Translations under genes and position numbers: made by a program
In this document: positions 50,009 through 51,567 of the stretch, piece by piece
Position numbering within the stretch: the first letter of the stretch is position 1
How the letters are laid out: each line of letters starts with the position of its first letter
Assembly (NCBI RefSeq): GCF_001194135.2
Contig: NC_068981.1
Coordinates: forward strand, 78,578,919 to 78,630,485
Reading direction: 5' to 3'
Length of the DNA: 51,567 bases
Source of the DNA: Octopus bimaculoides
Taxonomy: Eukaryota
The notes under the pieces: generated by a model
What the model saw: only the letters and a program-made list of their open reading frames with translations
The model's database searches: none
What the model was told of the DNA's origin: nothing

Positions 50009-50474
50009 AGAGATACACAGTATTGAATAGAGTCAGTAACACGTATAAGGATTGAAGATACCAGTTCTTAGAGTACACAGTGGTAAGTGTCTGCAACACC
50101 ATCGTACAACTACGAACTACAAGCATCGCCCCCGACGTAGCCAGCAGCAACACGACTCTACGACTACCAGCATCGCCGCCAGCGTCAACATGACTCTACA
50201 CGTACACAAGCTACCAACAGCTAACTGCAGCATTTCTCTTCGATTCTGTTTGTGCGATTTCTTCACCGCGATAATTAACAGCAAGAATTTAGCCTACGAA
50301 GAACATCTGTATTCAACCCGGCTTGGCATAGAAGCCCTAACATCACAACTAGTGATCGCTTTGCCACACACGCTTTAACTTCTTATATGCAGACACTTAC
50401 CACTGTGTACTCTAAGAACTGGTATCTTCAATCCTTATACGTGTTACTGACTCTATTCAATACTGTGTATCTCT
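50009..50474. repeat. Perfect 87-bp inverted repeat (50009-50095 and 50388-50474) with a 292-bp spacer
   Basis: Checked base by base: the arms are exact reverse complements and pairing stops at both edges. No TSD seen. Confidence 0.97.
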
Positions 50475-50882
50475 TTTGTTTAATTGTTCTGTTGTACAAC
50501 CAACATCTGCTGCGTACACCAAATGGGAATCTCTACTCGTCCTACTTTCCGTGTAAATCATAACATTTCTGTTATGATTCCTCATGGAATCGACTTGACT
50601 CATATTGTTGCACAGTGAACAGGGCTTACCACTCTTGCGTGCAGAAACTCCAATGTTAGTTTTCTTGGAATCAGAAGTAGAGGTTAATAGTTTGAAACGA
50701 GGATATTTTTCCGCAACATGCTGGTAACTTACATGTAACACTTTTGAAATGCCAGCGAAATTTCGGTGCCAGTTACTCACTAATGGAATTCTGTCACATA
50801 TTGTACTTTGTTTGCTACAATTATGCGTGAAAGTTTGACTTTCCTTACTAATCTTAGCTATGTCATTTGCAATTTCCTTTAA
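50457..50882 (-). CDS. Candidate terminal coding exon of an unidentified convergent gene (141 stop-free codons, possibly extending to 50950 across a 1-nt frameshift)
   Basis: The open frame LKEIANDIAKISKESQTFTHNCSKQ...SNWHRNFAG...KRDTQY* is longer than the ORF-track call and is neither microsatellite- nor SINE-derived. No family recognised. Confidence 0.4.
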   Translation of the reverse strand, partial: LKEIANDIAKISKESQTFTHNCSKQSTICDRIPLVSNWHRNFAGISKVLHVSYQHVAEKYPRFKLLTSTSDSKKTNIGVSARKSGKPCSLCNNMSQVDSMRNHNRNVMIYTESRTSRDSHLVYAADVGCTTEQLNKRDTQY

Positions 50883-51019
50883 TCATGATTCACTGCAACC
50901 GTGTTTGACATAATGGTGTACAAAAGCATTTGTATGTTTCCAGTAGTTCCCTATATCAATACAAATCCATTTTATCCTCAAAAATTGGCATTTCAGATTT
51001 GACCGAATTATATGATGTG

Positions 51020-51215
51020 GATGAGCGAAGTGGCGGTGGAGGTAAATGTGATTCCAGAAAACTTAACTTTTGTGTCCAAGAATTCAACGCTAGTAGACTT
51101 GCCTTTCATTTTTTCGGGCTCATTAAATAAGTACCTGCCGAGCACTGAGGTCGATGTAATCGACTTATCCTCCCCCACGAAATTACTGATCTTGTGCCAA
51201 AACGTGAAACCAATA
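51020..51215 (+). mobile_element. SINE family 2 copy
   Basis: gacttgcctttcatttt..aaataagtacc..gaggtcgatgtaatcgactta..aaattactgatcttgtgccaaaa. Confidence 0.75.
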
Positions 51216-51567
51216 TTAATAGTTTTAGTCTGGTTTGGTAATCAAACATGCGTGTCTGAATTTATTATTATGTCTACAAAGCAATCTGTCAGTCAATCCT
51301 TTTGTAAGTCACTCGTTTGGAATTTTTTGTCTATCAAATATCTCACGGTATTAAATTTTAGGTATTGTGGAACTCAGCTGGTTACTTTATTTGGCACCTC
51401 GAGTGCCGCCAAGCTCTCACCGCCCTCAGTCAGGCGGGCAGTGCGATCGGTAGTAGATCCACTCTAGCGTTCTATAGAGGGTTAGTGGGAGAAAAGTGCG
51501 ACGACGTTCTCGGGGTAACTCTAGGCGTCGAGGATAATCAGCTAAGCAGTCTGTTCAGGAGAACTTT

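Noticed and set aside
50052-50378. 108-aa plus-strand ORF spanning the inverted-repeat spacer
   Set aside because: Starts at a non-ATG codon, has no recognisable domain, and is probably a by-product of locally higher GC.

Overview
AT-rich, repeat-dense animal genomic DNA with five assembly gaps. The SINE, RTE and microsatellite content suggests a cephalopod, probably Octopus (inference). The main gene is the 3' part of a sidekick (sdk) Ig/FN3 cell-adhesion gene on the + strand. Five confident exons (22266-22439, 26657-26803, 30077-30215, 33592-33715, 36388-36651) splice in frame. They encode the second half of the last FN3 domain, the TM helix, the conserved SPPRPSP and SSSLTEKP motifs, and the C-terminal GFSSFV PDZ-binding motif. 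A probable 66-nt symmetric exon (18994-19059) would insert an RKKR furin-type site into that FN3 domain. The rest is mobile DNA: a complete but dead mariner with TIRs and TA TSDs, a fold-back mariner built from two left ends, a Tc1 remnant, several RTE-type LINE fragments, a Penelope-like fragment, and several tRNA-derived SINE families, including a head-to-tail array at about 41.2-45.5 kb. Three separate hammerhead-ribozyme-like motifs are visible, the best preserved at 48222-48290. Near the right end, a perfect 87-bp inverted repeat overlaps the stop codon of an unidentified minus-strand reading frame. All calls were made by eye. No alignments, folding or database searches were run, and repeat boundaries are approximate unless stated.
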